From Candidatus Cloacimonadales bacterium (GTDB taxonomy: Bacteria > Cloacimonadota > Cloacimonadia > Cloacimonadales > JAFGVF01): a stretch of 64,000 nt of DNA. The notes under the pieces were generated by a model. The model made no database searches. It was not told the origin of the DNA and worked only from the letters and a program-made list of their open reading frames with translations. The translations under genes and the position numbers were made by a program. This document shows, one piece after another, positions 51,217 to 61,526 of this stretch. The DNA lies in contig OY762964.1 of assembly GCA_963667035.1 (NCBI GenBank), positions 1,376,001-1,440,000 on the forward strand, written 5' to 3'. Positions within the stretch are counted from its first letter, which is position 1. Every line of letters starts with the position of its first letter.

Positions 51217-51612
51217 ATGAAAGAAATCGTATATAATGAATGTTTTGCATGTGGTCAGAATAATCCGATAGGATTGAAATTGCAGTTTGAGTATGAAGAT
51301 AATCATGCTATTGCAAACTGGGAATGTCCTCAGCAATATGCAGGATATCCGGGACTTATCCACGGAGGTATAGTTTCAACTCTTTTAGATGAAGCGATGG
51401 CAAAAATTGTGATAAAAAATGTAGGAGAAGCAGTTACAGGTAAAATGTCAGTAACTTTTAGAAATCCATTATATATAGGCGAAAAAGTAACTTTGATAGG
51501 AGAGATATCAGAGGTTAAAGGCAAAATAATAAAAACCAAAGCTAAAATCATGTCTAAGGATATGATAATCGCAGAAGCAACTGCCATCTATATCAAGACG
51601 AGGACTTTATGA
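51217..51612 (+). CDS. PaaI family thioesterase
   Basis: CFACGQNNPIGL, GYPGLIHGGIVSTLLDE. Confidence 0.9.
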   Translation: MKEIVYNECFACGQNNPIGLKLQFEYEDNHAIANWECPQQYAGYPGLIHGGIVSTLLDEAMAKIVIKNVGEAVTGKMSVTFRNPLYIGEKVTLIGEISEVKGKIIKTKAKIMSKDMIIAEATAIYIKTRTL

Positions 51613-52205
51613 ATTTGAAAAACTATCTCACTTTTAATGAACGAAAGGCATTATTTTTCTTAATTGTAATACTATTCTTTGCGACTTTGTTCAGTACCCA
51701 AAAGAAAACAGAAACAAAAGTGTTAAATCCGGATTCTCTTGAAGTTGCTTTAGAAAGAGATAACCTGCCAAATCTTGATATCCACAAAGCAACTTTTGAA
51801 GAGTGGATATTGGTTCCTGGACTAGGAACGAAAAGGGCAAAAAAACTTGTTGAATATAGAGACTTCTATGGATTTTCCACAGTAAATGACATTCTAAAAG
51901 TTAAAGGTATCGGAATTAATACCGTCAAATCCATTATTGCTTATGGTTATGGCACTGAATTTATAGAGAACAAGTCATCCATGAGTAAAGAAGATGAAGT
52001 TGACACAATGTTTGATTTGAATAAAGCAACATTCGAGCAGCTAATAAGCATCAAAGGAATAGGTAAACTTAGAGCTCAAGGTATTGTTGAATACAGGGAT
52101 CGAGTTGGTATTATCAAAAAGTTTGATGAATTACTGGTAATTAATGGAATCGGACCTAAAACAATAGAAATATTAGAACAAAACACTTATCTCGGACAGG
52201 AGTAA
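51609..52205 (+). CDS. ComEA-like helix-hairpin-helix DNA-binding membrane protein
   Basis: N-terminal TM; two HhH modules (VPGLGTKRA..VKGIG; IKGIGKLRA..INGIGPKT). Confidence 0.88.
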   Translation: MNLKNYLTFNERKALFFLIVILFFATLFSTQKKTETKVLNPDSLEVALERDNLPNLDIHKATFEEWILVPGLGTKRAKKLVEYRDFYGFSTVNDILKVKGIGINTVKSIIAYGYGTEFIENKSSMSKEDEVDTMFDLNKATFEQLISIKGIGKLRAQGIVEYRDRVGIIKKFDELLVINGIGPKTIEILEQNTYLGQE

Positions 52206-52834
52206 TGGCTGATAAAATAAAAGCAACACTAACACTCGCTAAATTATATGAGAGTCAAGGATTAATTGCTGATGCAATTGCGACTTATGAAGCAATATAC
52301 GAGATAAGTCCCAGTGAAGACTTGTTTCAAAGAATTGAATCATTAAGACACGACTTTATTACTTCCGGTATCAAAACTAAAAAAGACAATTCCCCTATCT
52401 CAATAATATTCAGTACTCATGAGAAAGAATTATTCAGAATACTAACCACTTCTCAATATAAGAAATTCACAGATGCTTATAATCCTGATAATAGTGAACT
52501 GAATATTGTCATTGATATAGAAGAAGATGAAGATGATACTCAAGAGATAATTGAGCTTGATGATAATAATTCGATTAAAGTTGGGAGTAGGATTACAAAG
52601 AAGACTGATGAAGTGTTTCAAGAGGTCTTAGACAATATTGGTGAAGAGGACATTCAAAAAAGCAAAATTGCTTCAACTCCCCGTGAAATGCACCCTTCAG
52701 CCGAAGATATTTTAAAGCAGAATCTGACAATAAGAGATTTATTGACGCATCTGAAAAGAATTTATGGTGAAGATACACTGTTAAAAAGTATTGACCGAAA
52801 AGAGCTCCTTGAAAGCATTACTTCACTCTTATAA
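52205..52834 (+). CDS. hypothetical protein with one N-terminal TPR-like motif
   Basis: TLTLAKLYESQG..A...Y; translationally coupled to the upstream gene. Confidence 0.65.
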   Translation: MADKIKATLTLAKLYESQGLIADAIATYEAIYEISPSEDLFQRIESLRHDFITSGIKTKKDNSPISIIFSTHEKELFRILTTSQYKKFTDAYNPDNSELNIVIDIEEDEDDTQEIIELDDNNSIKVGSRITKKTDEVFQEVLDNIGEEDIQKSKIASTPREMHPSAEDILKQNLTIRDLLTHLKRIYGEDTLLKSIDRKELLESITSLL

Positions 52835-52852
52835 GTATTCAAGCAGGAGTTT

Positions 52853-53023
52853 ATGAATTCAACAAAAGATATTAATAAATTGTGTTTAAAATGTGAGTGT
52901 ACGTGCAAACAGTTAAAAAGTGTTAAACTTATTACATGTCCTAACTTTGTAGAAAAACCTACTCAACTTACTTTCTTTGATATTGTTGCAAAGAAAAGAA
53001 AGAAGACAAAGACTACTGAATGA
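52853..53023 (+). CDS. small Cys-rich protein (56 aa), not in the ORF track
   Basis: AGGAG RBS; MNSTKDINKLCLKCECTCKQLKSVKLITCPNFVEKPTQLTFFDIVAKKRKKTKTTE; ATGA overlap with rsmD; fills the operon gap exactly. Confidence 0.75.
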   Translation: MNSTKDINKLCLKCECTCKQLKSVKLITCPNFVEKPTQLTFFDIVAKKRKKTKTTE

Positions 53024-53583
53024 GAATTATTGCCGGTACTAGAAAAGGTTATAAACTATTCTCTGTTGACGGGAATACAGCAAGGCCTACTACTGATTTT
53101 ATGAGAGAATTCATCTTTTCAGTAATACAGGACATAGATGGTTACACAATTCTAGATTTGTTTGCCGGAACCGGATCAGTTGGCATTGAAGCTCTCAGCC
53201 GAGGAGCATCTTATGTCGACTTTGTAGAGTTCTCCTCAAACTCGGTTTCTGCCTTAGTACAAAATCTCAAGAAAACAGAGTATGATAAGTGTAGTCACAT
53301 TTTCAGAAAAACTGTTTCTCGTTTCTTGCAGAAATGTGATAAAACATATGATTTGATATTTATGGACCCCCCATACAATAAAGGATTAGTAAAGGAAACT
53401 CTTGATTTGATTATTGAGCATAATATCCTCAGACCTAATGGATTGATAATTATAGACCATTATACTAAAGAAAAAATACCTGAAGAGTATCAAGGAATGG
53501 TTTTCAGAGATAAAAGAAAAAAAGAAGTAACAATATCGTTCTTAAGACTTAATGAACATGAGGAAAACGATGAAAATTTATAA
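53020..53583 (+). CDS. rsmD: 16S rRNA m2G966 methyltransferase
   Basis: MRIIAG, RPTTD..RE, LDLFAGTGSVGIEALSRGA, DLIFMDPPY. Confidence 0.95.
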   Translation: MRIIAGTRKGYKLFSVDGNTARPTTDFMREFIFSVIQDIDGYTILDLFAGTGSVGIEALSRGASYVDFVEFSSNSVSALVQNLKKTEYDKCSHIFRKTVSRFLQKCDKTYDLIFMDPPYNKGLVKETLDLIIEHNILRPNGLIIIDHYTKEKIPEEYQGMVFRDKRKKEVTISFLRLNEHEENDENL

Positions 53584-54961
53584 TACAATGAGCCGTAAGA
53601 AGGAAGAGTTTGTACCTGTAGAACCCGGTAAAGTCAAAATGTATTCATGTGGTCCGACAGTTTACAATTATTTCCATATTGGAAATGCCAGACCGTTCCT
53701 TTTCTTTGATGTTGTTAAAAACTACTTTCAATACATTGGATATGATGTTACTTATGTGCAGAATATTACTGATATTGATGATAAAATTATAAATAAAGCA
53801 AATGAAGAAGGTGTTAATTTCAATGAAATCACTGCAAAATATATTTCTGCTTTCTTTGAAGATATTAAAGCACTTGGAATAGTTGGTGCTGATATTCAAC
53901 CAAAAGCCACTGACGTGATTACAGAGATTATTGATTTCATTGATAAACTAGTAAAACTAAATGTTGCCTACGAAGTAAACGGTGATGTCTATTTTTCTGT
54001 TGATGCCTTACCGCAATATGGTTCCCTTTCAGGCCGTAAACTTGAGGACATGCAAGTTGGTGCAAGAATTCAAGAGAATACTCAAAAGCATAATCCTTTT
54101 GATTTTACTTTATGGAAAGCATCAAAACCTGGCGAACCGGAATGGGATTCACCTTGGGGAAAAGGAAGACCCGGATGGCATAGCGAATGTGTTGTTATGT
54201 CTTGTGCAAATTTAGGTGAAACATTCGATATTCATGGCGGTGGAGTTGATCTTGTATTCCCACATCATGAGAATGAGTTAGCTCAAGCAATTGCAGTCAA
54301 TAGAAAACCTTTATGTAACTACTGGATGCATAACGGTTTTATTAATATTGAAGGTGAGAAAATGTCCAAGAGTCTTAATAACTTTTTCACTCTAAGGGAT
54401 GTACTTAAAGAGTATGATGCAGAAGCTATAAGATTCTTTTTCCTTTCTAAGCATTACCGCTCACCTATTGATTACAATAAGGCAATACTTGATGAATCTT
54501 CTAAAGCTGTAAAGAATTTCTACAATGCACTTGATAAAATAGACTATTTGTCACATCAAAATGAAGAACTATTCTTATCGGAAGATTTAAATGCTCTCAA
54601 AAACGACTTCATAGAAGCGATGAACGATGATTTTAATACAGCAAAAGCAATCGCAATTCTCTTCGATTTAACAAGAAGAATTGCAAAAGATAGCGAAGAC
54701 AAAGATTCCAGGATTAATGCATCACATTTGTTAGTTGAATTAGGTAGAGTACTTGGATTCTTTCATGACCTTGAAAGTAAACTATCAAATAATATGAATC
54801 AGATAAGTGAAAGTTTAATCCAACTCCTAATTAATTATAGAAATGATGCAAAAGCTGAGAAAAATTGGAAGTTAGCTGACAGGATTAGAGATGATTTGCT
54901 TGCTTTAAATGTTCAATTACTTGATACAAAAGAAGGAACAATGTATAAACTCTTGAAATAG
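53570..54961 (+). CDS. cysS: cysteine--tRNA ligase
   Basis: CGPTVY, HIGNAR, WK...GRPGWHSEC, HGGGVDLVFPHHENE, KMSKS. Confidence 0.97.
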   Translation: MKIYNTMSRKKEEFVPVEPGKVKMYSCGPTVYNYFHIGNARPFLFFDVVKNYFQYIGYDVTYVQNITDIDDKIINKANEEGVNFNEITAKYISAFFEDIKALGIVGADIQPKATDVITEIIDFIDKLVKLNVAYEVNGDVYFSVDALPQYGSLSGRKLEDMQVGARIQENTQKHNPFDFTLWKASKPGEPEWDSPWGKGRPGWHSECVVMSCANLGETFDIHGGGVDLVFPHHENELAQAIAVNRKPLCNYWMHNGFINIEGEKMSKSLNNFFTLRDVLKEYDAEAIRFFFLSKHYRSPIDYNKAILDESSKAVKNFYNALDKIDYLSHQNEELFLSEDLNALKNDFIEAMNDDFNTAKAIAILFDLTRRIAKDSEDKDSRINASHLLVELGRVLGFFHDLESKLSNNMNQISESLIQLLINYRNDAKAEKNWKLADRIRDDLLALNVQLLDTKEGTMYKLLK

Positions 54962-55033
54962 AGATTATGCTTGACTGATAAACTTGATTTTTAGTCTTTA
55001 ACATAAAAATTGATAACCTATTGGAGGATAAAA

Positions 55034-56143
55034 ATGAAAAAGAGTTTACTTATAATCTTAACATTACTAGTTCTGCTTTCTACAGGTTTGCAGGCAAAAC
55101 AGAAACTTTCAAGTGAAGGTACAAGAGCACTTAGAGATGCTAAGATGAAACTTCAACAGAAAAACTTTGATAAGGCTCTGGAGTTTTATAAGAATGTATT
55201 GGAAACTGACCCTGAGTGCATTGAAGCTCTAATAAAAATTGGGCAAATTAACTATAATTTAGGCTCTGAACGTACTAGAAATAAAATAAGCTATTACGTT
55301 GAATCATATAAGCATTACCAACTTGCCGTTAAAGCTTACGATAAACTGATTGCAGAGGGTACTCCGGAGAAGAAACTTAAAAGTGAAAAAAACGACATAG
55401 ACACTCTTAAGAATAAAGAAATTGATTATCCTATTCAGAAGATTCTTGTAATAGGCCAAACTGCAGCAACTGAAGAAGAAGATTACGATGCTGCATTAGA
55501 AGCTTATGATATTGCTTATGAGCTTAATCCAGATGATGTAAAGCCACTTCAACTTAAACTTGCAGTATATTCATCAACTAAAAATGATTCAATGATTATC
55601 AATACTCTTGAGTTAATAACCGAGAAGAAGCCTGACGATGTAAACTCACTTAGTAATCTTGCAGCTTTATATTACAATGCAGATAATGTAGAAAAATCTA
55701 TTGATACTTATAACAAGATTTTAGTAGCTAATCCAAAGGACATTGATACAATGTTTAATATTGCTATTGCATACTCTAGTCAAAAGAATTATGAAAAAGC
55801 TTTAGAGTACACTGAAAAAGTTATTGAATTAGAGCCAAGCAATGTCGATGCCCTCGATAATGCTTTCGAGTTCGCTAAGGCTCTCAGTAATGCCGATAAA
55901 GCCCTCAAGTATGGAAAGAAAGCAGCAGATTTAAATCCTAATGCAGAAAGATTTGAATATCTTTGCTATGCATTAAGCCAGGCTAAGAAGTATGATGATT
56001 TACTTGTTTATGCAAAAAAATTCCATGAAACAGCCCCTGAAAAGAAAGTAGCTGTTCAACTCGTTCTTTTAGCAGCTCAACAGCTTGATGATAAGGATAC
56101 AGTTGCAGAGTATACAAAGAAAATGAAGACCTTTGAAAAGTAA
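55034..56143 (+). CDS. secreted TPR protein
   Basis: GGAGG RBS, signal peptide, multiple canonical TPRs. Confidence 0.85.
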   Translation: MKKSLLIILTLLVLLSTGLQAKQKLSSEGTRALRDAKMKLQQKNFDKALEFYKNVLETDPECIEALIKIGQINYNLGSERTRNKISYYVESYKHYQLAVKAYDKLIAEGTPEKKLKSEKNDIDTLKNKEIDYPIQKILVIGQTAATEEEDYDAALEAYDIAYELNPDDVKPLQLKLAVYSSTKNDSMIINTLELITEKKPDDVNSLSNLAALYYNADNVEKSIDTYNKILVANPKDIDTMFNIAIAYSSQKNYEKALEYTEKVIELEPSNVDALDNAFEFAKALSNADKALKYGKKAADLNPNAERFEYLCYALSQAKKYDDLLVYAKKFHETAPEKKVAVQLVLLAAQQLDDKDTVAEYTKKMKTFEK

Positions 56144-56182
56144 TAATTAACTAATCGACTAATAATAGAGATTCATATGTTT

Positions 56183-56215
56183 TAGAGCTATGATTAAATT
56201 CATGGCTCTATTTTT
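56183..56215 (+). terminator. Rho-independent terminator
   Basis: TAGAGCTATGA-TTAAAT-TCATGGCTCTA followed by TTTTT. Confidence 0.75.
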
Positions 56216-56289
56216 ATTAATGACTTCAGCCAGTTGAGCTATTAATAGCGAAACATTAAACCACCCGTTGTACGGATGGTCATGATTTT
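56211..56289 (+). repeat. direct repeat A plus collapsed IS200-like end
   Basis: 56211-56267 matches 63213-63269 at 55/57; 56268-56289 matches 63394-63415 at 21/22. Confidence 0.9.
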
Positions 56290-56533
56290 TCTCATTTCTG
56301 TTGTTTACTACTAACATCAAGACACTGACAACAAAATAGCACAAATTAGTTAACTGACTCAATCAAATAGAATCAAAGCAGATCTTATCATTTTCTTATA
56401 GTTTGCTCAAATACTCAATGAAACTTTACATATATACATAAATCAGGGAAAAACACCCGATTGGAACAATTATTACATTTTAAGAATTTCGGTTAGTCTA
56501 ATTGGGAAATGTGAGTTAAATAAACATTAGATA

Positions 56534-59500
56534 ATGAGAGGTTATGAAATGTGTAAAAAGATCACGTTTTTTGTTCCCATCTTTTTGATTTTTTGGATAG
56601 GGTCATTGATAGCAAGTAATGATATTGCTTATGAGAACAGTAACAAGAACTCTTTTGAAATTCTGGAATCCAGTGAGTCAGGACTAAAGATTAAATTCTC
56701 TTTACCGGAATATGAATTACAGACAGATAGGGCTTCCAGAGGAGCGGTTAAGATTATTAAATCAGAATCTGTAACCAAAGCTTCTATTCCCGGAGTTAAT
56801 GAAGTACCACTTTATACAACAACAGTTGCAATTCCCAATACGGGTAGTGTCGAATTGGAGATATTGAGTCAGGAAACAGAATCAATTAATTTACCTTTTC
56901 TTCATTCTAAATTCGGTGATAGTAGCAGTGAAGTTATTGATCCTCTTACTGACTTGCGACTAGAAACCGGTAAGCTTTCATCTCCTGCCATTATCAGAGA
57001 TTTGAGAGTTGTTAACCTGACTCTTTCTCCTTTTAAATATAACGTTGAAGAGGATAAACTGGAAGTATTAAAGGAAGTTACTTATAAATTAAACTATAAG
57101 CAAGACAGAGGTAATAATGAGTTAGTAAGAAATGATAATACAATATCATCTTCTTTTATACCTCTATATCGTTCTTTAGTTAGTAACTTTGATTTAATTT
57201 CTGACAGATATGAGATTGACTACGATAAAAGATTACTAATTGTTTATGGTAACTCGACAAATGACCAATATATGGATAAATTAGATGAGTTTATCCGTTG
57301 GAAGAAACAGAAAGGTTATTCAGTAACGTATGCTTCCACTCAAACAACCGGTACAACTACAGGATCAATTAAAAGTTATATTCAAAGTAAGTATAACAAC
57401 CACTATACAAGACCTGATTATGTGCTATTAATAGGTGATGTAACCGGTTCCTTATCTATCCCATGTTGGCAAGTCTATAATGGGGATTCTGACTATCCAT
57501 TTACCCAGTTAGCAGGTGGAGATGATCTCGGAGATGTATTTATTGGGCGTATGCCTGCTGAAAATGTTACAGATTTTCTTACAATGGCAGAAAAAGTGTT
57601 TATCTATGAGAGAGATCTAGTACCTATGCCTCCTGCGGCTACTGCTTGGTACAATAGAATGCTTTTAGTAGCAGATACAGATCCTTCAGGTCAATCCTGT
57701 CAGTATGTGAATTACTATGCAAGACAAGTTTCTGAAATGGTTAATCCGGATTATGACTATGTAGAACTATATGCTACACAGCCTTCTGCTCAAACTATGA
57801 CAGCAACAATAAATCAAGGTGTATCTTTCTTTAACTATAGAGGACATATTAACATGAGTTATTGGGATATGCCTTCAGAGGGTGAATACACTAATGCTAA
57901 TAGATTACCGCATTGTGTTATAAATACTTGTGCTACAGGTAACTTTGGAAGTACCGATGTATCTGATAGCTTTGTCAGATTCGGTTCTCCCGCTCTACCT
58001 AAAGGAGGTCTTACAGCTATTGGTATGGCTACCCCCAGTACTCACACAATGCTCAATAATGTTCTGAGTTCCGGAACATTTGAAGGTATATTTGTTCATG
58101 GTATGCGTGACATGAGTGCTCCTTTACTACATTCTAAATGGTTACTATATTTTGTTTATCATGATTTGTTACCTGTAAAGGCTGTAGAGTTTCCGGGATG
58201 GTGTAACCTAATGGGTGATCCTACTGTAGAAGTATTTGTCGGAGATCCCGAGAGTTTAAGTGTGCAATATCGTGAGAGCGTAAGAAATAGCGATACTGTA
58301 TATTCTGTGAAAGTAAATGATGCTGATGGAAATGATGTAAATGATGCTTGTGTAACAATTCTATATAATAATACACAGCTTATCGCTTATACTAATGCTA
58401 GTGGTATTGCAACCTTGTCACTTCCAAGTAATATGAATGTCGGCGAAGATTTTACTTTAACCGTCTCTAAACACGATTTTATTCCTGTTATAAGAACAAT
58501 TGATATCAATGCTGAGAGTGTTTTAAGAATAGTTAATGCTAATTTTAATGATTCAAACAGTGGCAATGGAGATTCAATTGTTAACGCCGGTGAGCAAATC
58601 GAGCTTAATGTTGAATTCGAAAACATAAGTGATAGTAGTTATGCTCAGTCACAGCTAACATTAACAACTGAAGATTCCTACTTAACAGTTAACAATGGTA
58701 ACTCTCAGTTATCAGCAATTGCTGCTGGAAATACAGCTACCAACTCAACTCCATTTACAATAACCATAGATTCCAATACTCCTGATGAGCATCTCGGAGA
58801 ATTGATAATAAGTGATGGTGTTAATTCTTTCTCTACAAGAATCGAGATTCTTAATGGTGTAATGGAAGTTACAAGTTTTCAGATATTCGATAATAATGGT
58901 GTGCTCAATATTGACGAACAAGTAAACATCTTACTTAACTTAGAGAATACCGGTTCACATGTGTTAAATGGTATTGTTGTTGAACTTAGCTCTGAATCAG
59001 AATTAGTTTATTTCCCTGACGGCAGTGCTTTCTTTGGAAATGCCCAACCGGGTCAAACATTATCTAACATTACAGACGGTATCACAATTGGAACTAGAGT
59101 TGAATTCTTAACAGGGACGGATGTACATCTTAATGCTAGAATTACAGATAATAATGGATATGTACAAGATAGAGAAATAGTTATTGCCGGTAGTACTCCG
59201 GGAGTAGGAAATCCATCCGGACCTGATTCTTTTGGACACTTCATTTATCATAGTAGTGATACGAACTGGAGTGATGCTCCTGAATACGACTGGATAGAAA
59301 TAGCTACTCACCAGAATGGTGACGGAACTCAGATATATCTTACCGATACATCACATGATGATGATAATAGTGATTTTGTAGATATAGTTGCTTTTGGAAA
59401 TGCCCAACTTCCATTCGATTTCACTTTCTATGGTGTGGATTATGATGAAGTCCATATATGCTCTAACGGGTTCATCAGTTTCGTCCCTACAGAGTTAAGT

Positions 59501-61477
59501 ACTGCTAGAAATCTACCTTTACCCGGTCCTATGACACCTGATCCTATTATTGCTCCTTTCTGGGATAATCTTGAAGTACATTCTGATGGAGGAGTATTCC
59601 ATAAATATGACAGTGTAAATCACATATTTATCATAGAATGGTATAACATGAAGAATAGTTATAATACATCCTATTCTGAAACATTTGAAATAATACTTTA
59701 TGATCCTGAGTACTATCCTACATCAACAGGTGATGGAAAAGTTAAAATTCAATATCAGGAATTTCATGATATTGATGCAGGAGATGCAACTAGTTATACA
59801 CCCGGTCATGGGCAATATTGTACTGTAGGTATTGGTGATCATACCGGACTGGACGGATTAACATATTTGTTTGATCAAAGTTACCTTTCAACGGCACAAC
59901 CTATCACCAATAATTGTGCTCTCATCATAACCGGTGAACCCTATGTCACTATTGCTCCTGTTTTAGATATTGATGATTACAATTATTCGGAGACTAATGG
60001 CAATGGGTTCATCGAACCGGGTGAGAGTGTGCAGTTAGGTATCACAATTACAAACAGTGGTACTGCTAATGCTGAGAATGTTACTGCTACTTTGACTTCC
60101 ACTAGTCCTTATGTTACAATTCAAGATAATAGCATTGAATCTATTTCCGTCTTAATTGATCAAGTTGTTGTTACTGAAACCGGATTCGAGATTAGCATAG
60201 ATTCACATACACCACTTGAACAGGAAATACCAATAAATATAAGTCTTACCAATGGAGTTGATACTTGGGATAAAGATATGAGTTTGTTCGTTACAGCTCC
60301 AATGTTGGAACACTTTAGTTATAGGATTTCAGATTATGAGGATGGTAATGGTAATGGTATTCCTAATCCGGGAGAAACATTCTACTTTATACAAGAAGTT
60401 GTAAACTACGGTAATGTAGATATTCAAGACATAGATGTTTCAATATCTTCTGATAATAATGGTGTAGTAATTGGAGACTATACTGATAATATTTATAGAA
60501 TACCGGCTCAATCAAGTACGCAAGTTTGGTTTGAAATTACTCTTCCTAACAACCTGAATGCAGGAGACGAGATTCAATTACAAACAACTTATACAAAAAC
60601 TGATTGGTTCGCAGATAGTTATACCGCTACTCTTGAGGTTGATGTACATACATATCAAAGTGCAGGAGTTATAAGTGGTATTGTAAACGTAGACCATCCT
60701 GACGCAGTTGTTGAAGATGGTTTAATAAAAATTAATAATAGCGGTGCTTTAATAGATGAGAATGGTTACTATAAGATGTTTGCAGGAAGTGGAACCTATT
60801 CTATTAAAGCGTTAATAAATCATTACATTCCAATAACTATAGAGGATGTAGAGCTTACTGTAAGCAATGATATGATTACTAGTGATATTGATTTTACTCC
60901 GGTACCATTACCCATAGCTAACCAACTTAATGGAGTAATCAGTTATCCTAATCTGACTTTGACTTGGCAGGAACCTCAAGAATCCGATTATGAGTGCTTG
61001 GGATTCAATGTATATAAAGCTATAAACGATAGTGAGTATTCCCTTTTGGGCTATACCGAAAACAACGAATATGTAGATGTTCTAAATAATGGAGAAAACT
61101 ATTTCTATCGTGTTGAAGCTGTTTATTCTATAGGAACAAGTTTCTTGTCTGAAGTTTACACTTGTAGTACGGGAGCAAATGATAACAATCAAACAGCTCT
61201 TGTAACAAAGTTAAATGGAAACTATCCTAATCCTTTCAATCCAGTCACAAATATCTCTTACAGTATCTCAGGAAAGACACATGTAAAAGTCGATATCTTT
61301 AATATAAGAGGTCAGCATGTTCAATCACTTGTTAATGAAATTCAACCTACAGGCAACTATGTAGTAAGCTGGGAGGGTTTAAATAAAGACGGTGAGGAAT
61401 GTGCTTCCGGATTATATTTATACAAATTAGAAACAGACAATTCGATCTCAATGAGAAAGGCTATGCTTATTAAGTAA
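56534..61477 (+). CDS. C25 (gingipain-like) cysteine peptidase with propeptide, Ig-like/FN3 domains and FlgD/T9SS-type C-terminal domain
   Basis: WKKQKGY, YVLLIGD, FIGR, NYRGH, NTCATG, NLMGDP; tail GNYPNPFNP...IFNIRGQHV...W.G....SGLYLY; true start may be ATG 56549. Confidence 0.9.
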   Translation: MRGYEMCKKITFFVPIFLIFWIGSLIASNDIAYENSNKNSFEILESSESGLKIKFSLPEYELQTDRASRGAVKIIKSESVTKASIPGVNEVPLYTTTVAIPNTGSVELEILSQETESINLPFLHSKFGDSSSEVIDPLTDLRLETGKLSSPAIIRDLRVVNLTLSPFKYNVEEDKLEVLKEVTYKLNYKQDRGNNELVRNDNTISSSFIPLYRSLVSNFDLISDRYEIDYDKRLLIVYGNSTNDQYMDKLDEFIRWKKQKGYSVTYASTQTTGTTTGSIKSYIQSKYNNHYTRPDYVLLIGDVTGSLSIPCWQVYNGDSDYPFTQLAGGDDLGDVFIGRMPAENVTDFLTMAEKVFIYERDLVPMPPAATAWYNRMLLVADTDPSGQSCQYVNYYARQVSEMVNPDYDYVELYATQPSAQTMTATINQGVSFFNYRGHINMSYWDMPSEGEYTNANRLPHCVINTCATGNFGSTDVSDSFVRFGSPALPKGGLTAIGMATPSTHTMLNNVLSSGTFEGIFVHGMRDMSAPLLHSKWLLYFVYHDLLPVKAVEFPGWCNLMGDPTVEVFVGDPESLSVQYRESVRNSDTVYSVKVNDADGNDVNDACVTILYNNTQLIAYTNASGIATLSLPSNMNVGEDFTLTVSKHDFIPVIRTIDINAESVLRIVNANFNDSNSGNGDSIVNAGEQIELNVEFENISDSSYAQSQLTLTTEDSYLTVNNGNSQLSAIAAGNTATNSTPFTITIDSNTPDEHLGELIISDGVNSFSTRIEILNGVMEVTSFQIFDNNGVLNIDEQVNILLNLENTGSHVLNGIVVELSSESELVYFPDGSAFFGNAQPGQTLSNITDGITIGTRVEFLTGTDVHLNARITDNNGYVQDREIVIAGSTPGVGNPSGPDSFGHFIYHSSDTNWSDAPEYDWIEIATHQNGDGTQIYLTDTSHDDDNSDFVDIVAFGNAQLPFDFTFYGVDYDEVHICSNGFISFVPTELSTARNLPLPGPMTPDPIIAPFWDNLEVHSDGGVFHKYDSVNHIFIIEWYNMKNSYNTSYSETFEIILYDPEYYPTSTGDGKVKIQYQEFHDIDAGDATSYTPGHGQYCTVGIGDHTGLDGLTYLFDQSYLSTAQPITNNCALIITGEPYVTIAPVLDIDDYNYSETNGNGFIEPGESVQLGITITNSGTANAENVTATLTSTSPYVTIQDNSIESISVLIDQVVVTETGFEISIDSHTPLEQEIPINISLTNGVDTWDKDMSLFVTAPMLEHFSYRISDYEDGNGNGIPNPGETFYFIQEVVNYGNVDIQDIDVSISSDNNGVVIGDYTDNIYRIPAQSSTQVWFEITLPNNLNAGDEIQLQTTYTKTDWFADSYTATLEVDVHTYQSAGVISGIVNVDHPDAVVEDGLIKINNSGALIDENGYYKMFAGSGTYSIKALINHYIPITIEDVELTVSNDMITSDIDFTPVPLPIANQLNGVISYPNLTLTWQEPQESDYECLGFNVYKAINDSEYSLLGYTENNEYVDVLNNGENYFYRVEAVYSIGTSFLSEVYTCSTGANDNNQTALVTKLNGNYPNPFNPVTNISYSISGKTHVKVDIFNIRGQHVQSLVNEIQPTGNYVVSWEGLNKDGEECASGLYLYKLETDNSISMRKAMLIK

Positions 61478-61500
61478 CCTTTCTTGAGGCTAACCACCAG

Positions 61501-61526
61501 AGCCCTGTCCGAAAGGACAGGGCCTT
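61501..61526 (+). terminator. C25 gene terminator hairpin; left copy of the 26-bp IS target duplication
   Basis: AGCCCTGTCC-GAAA-GGACAGGGCCTT repeated exactly at 63189-63214. Confidence 0.85.
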
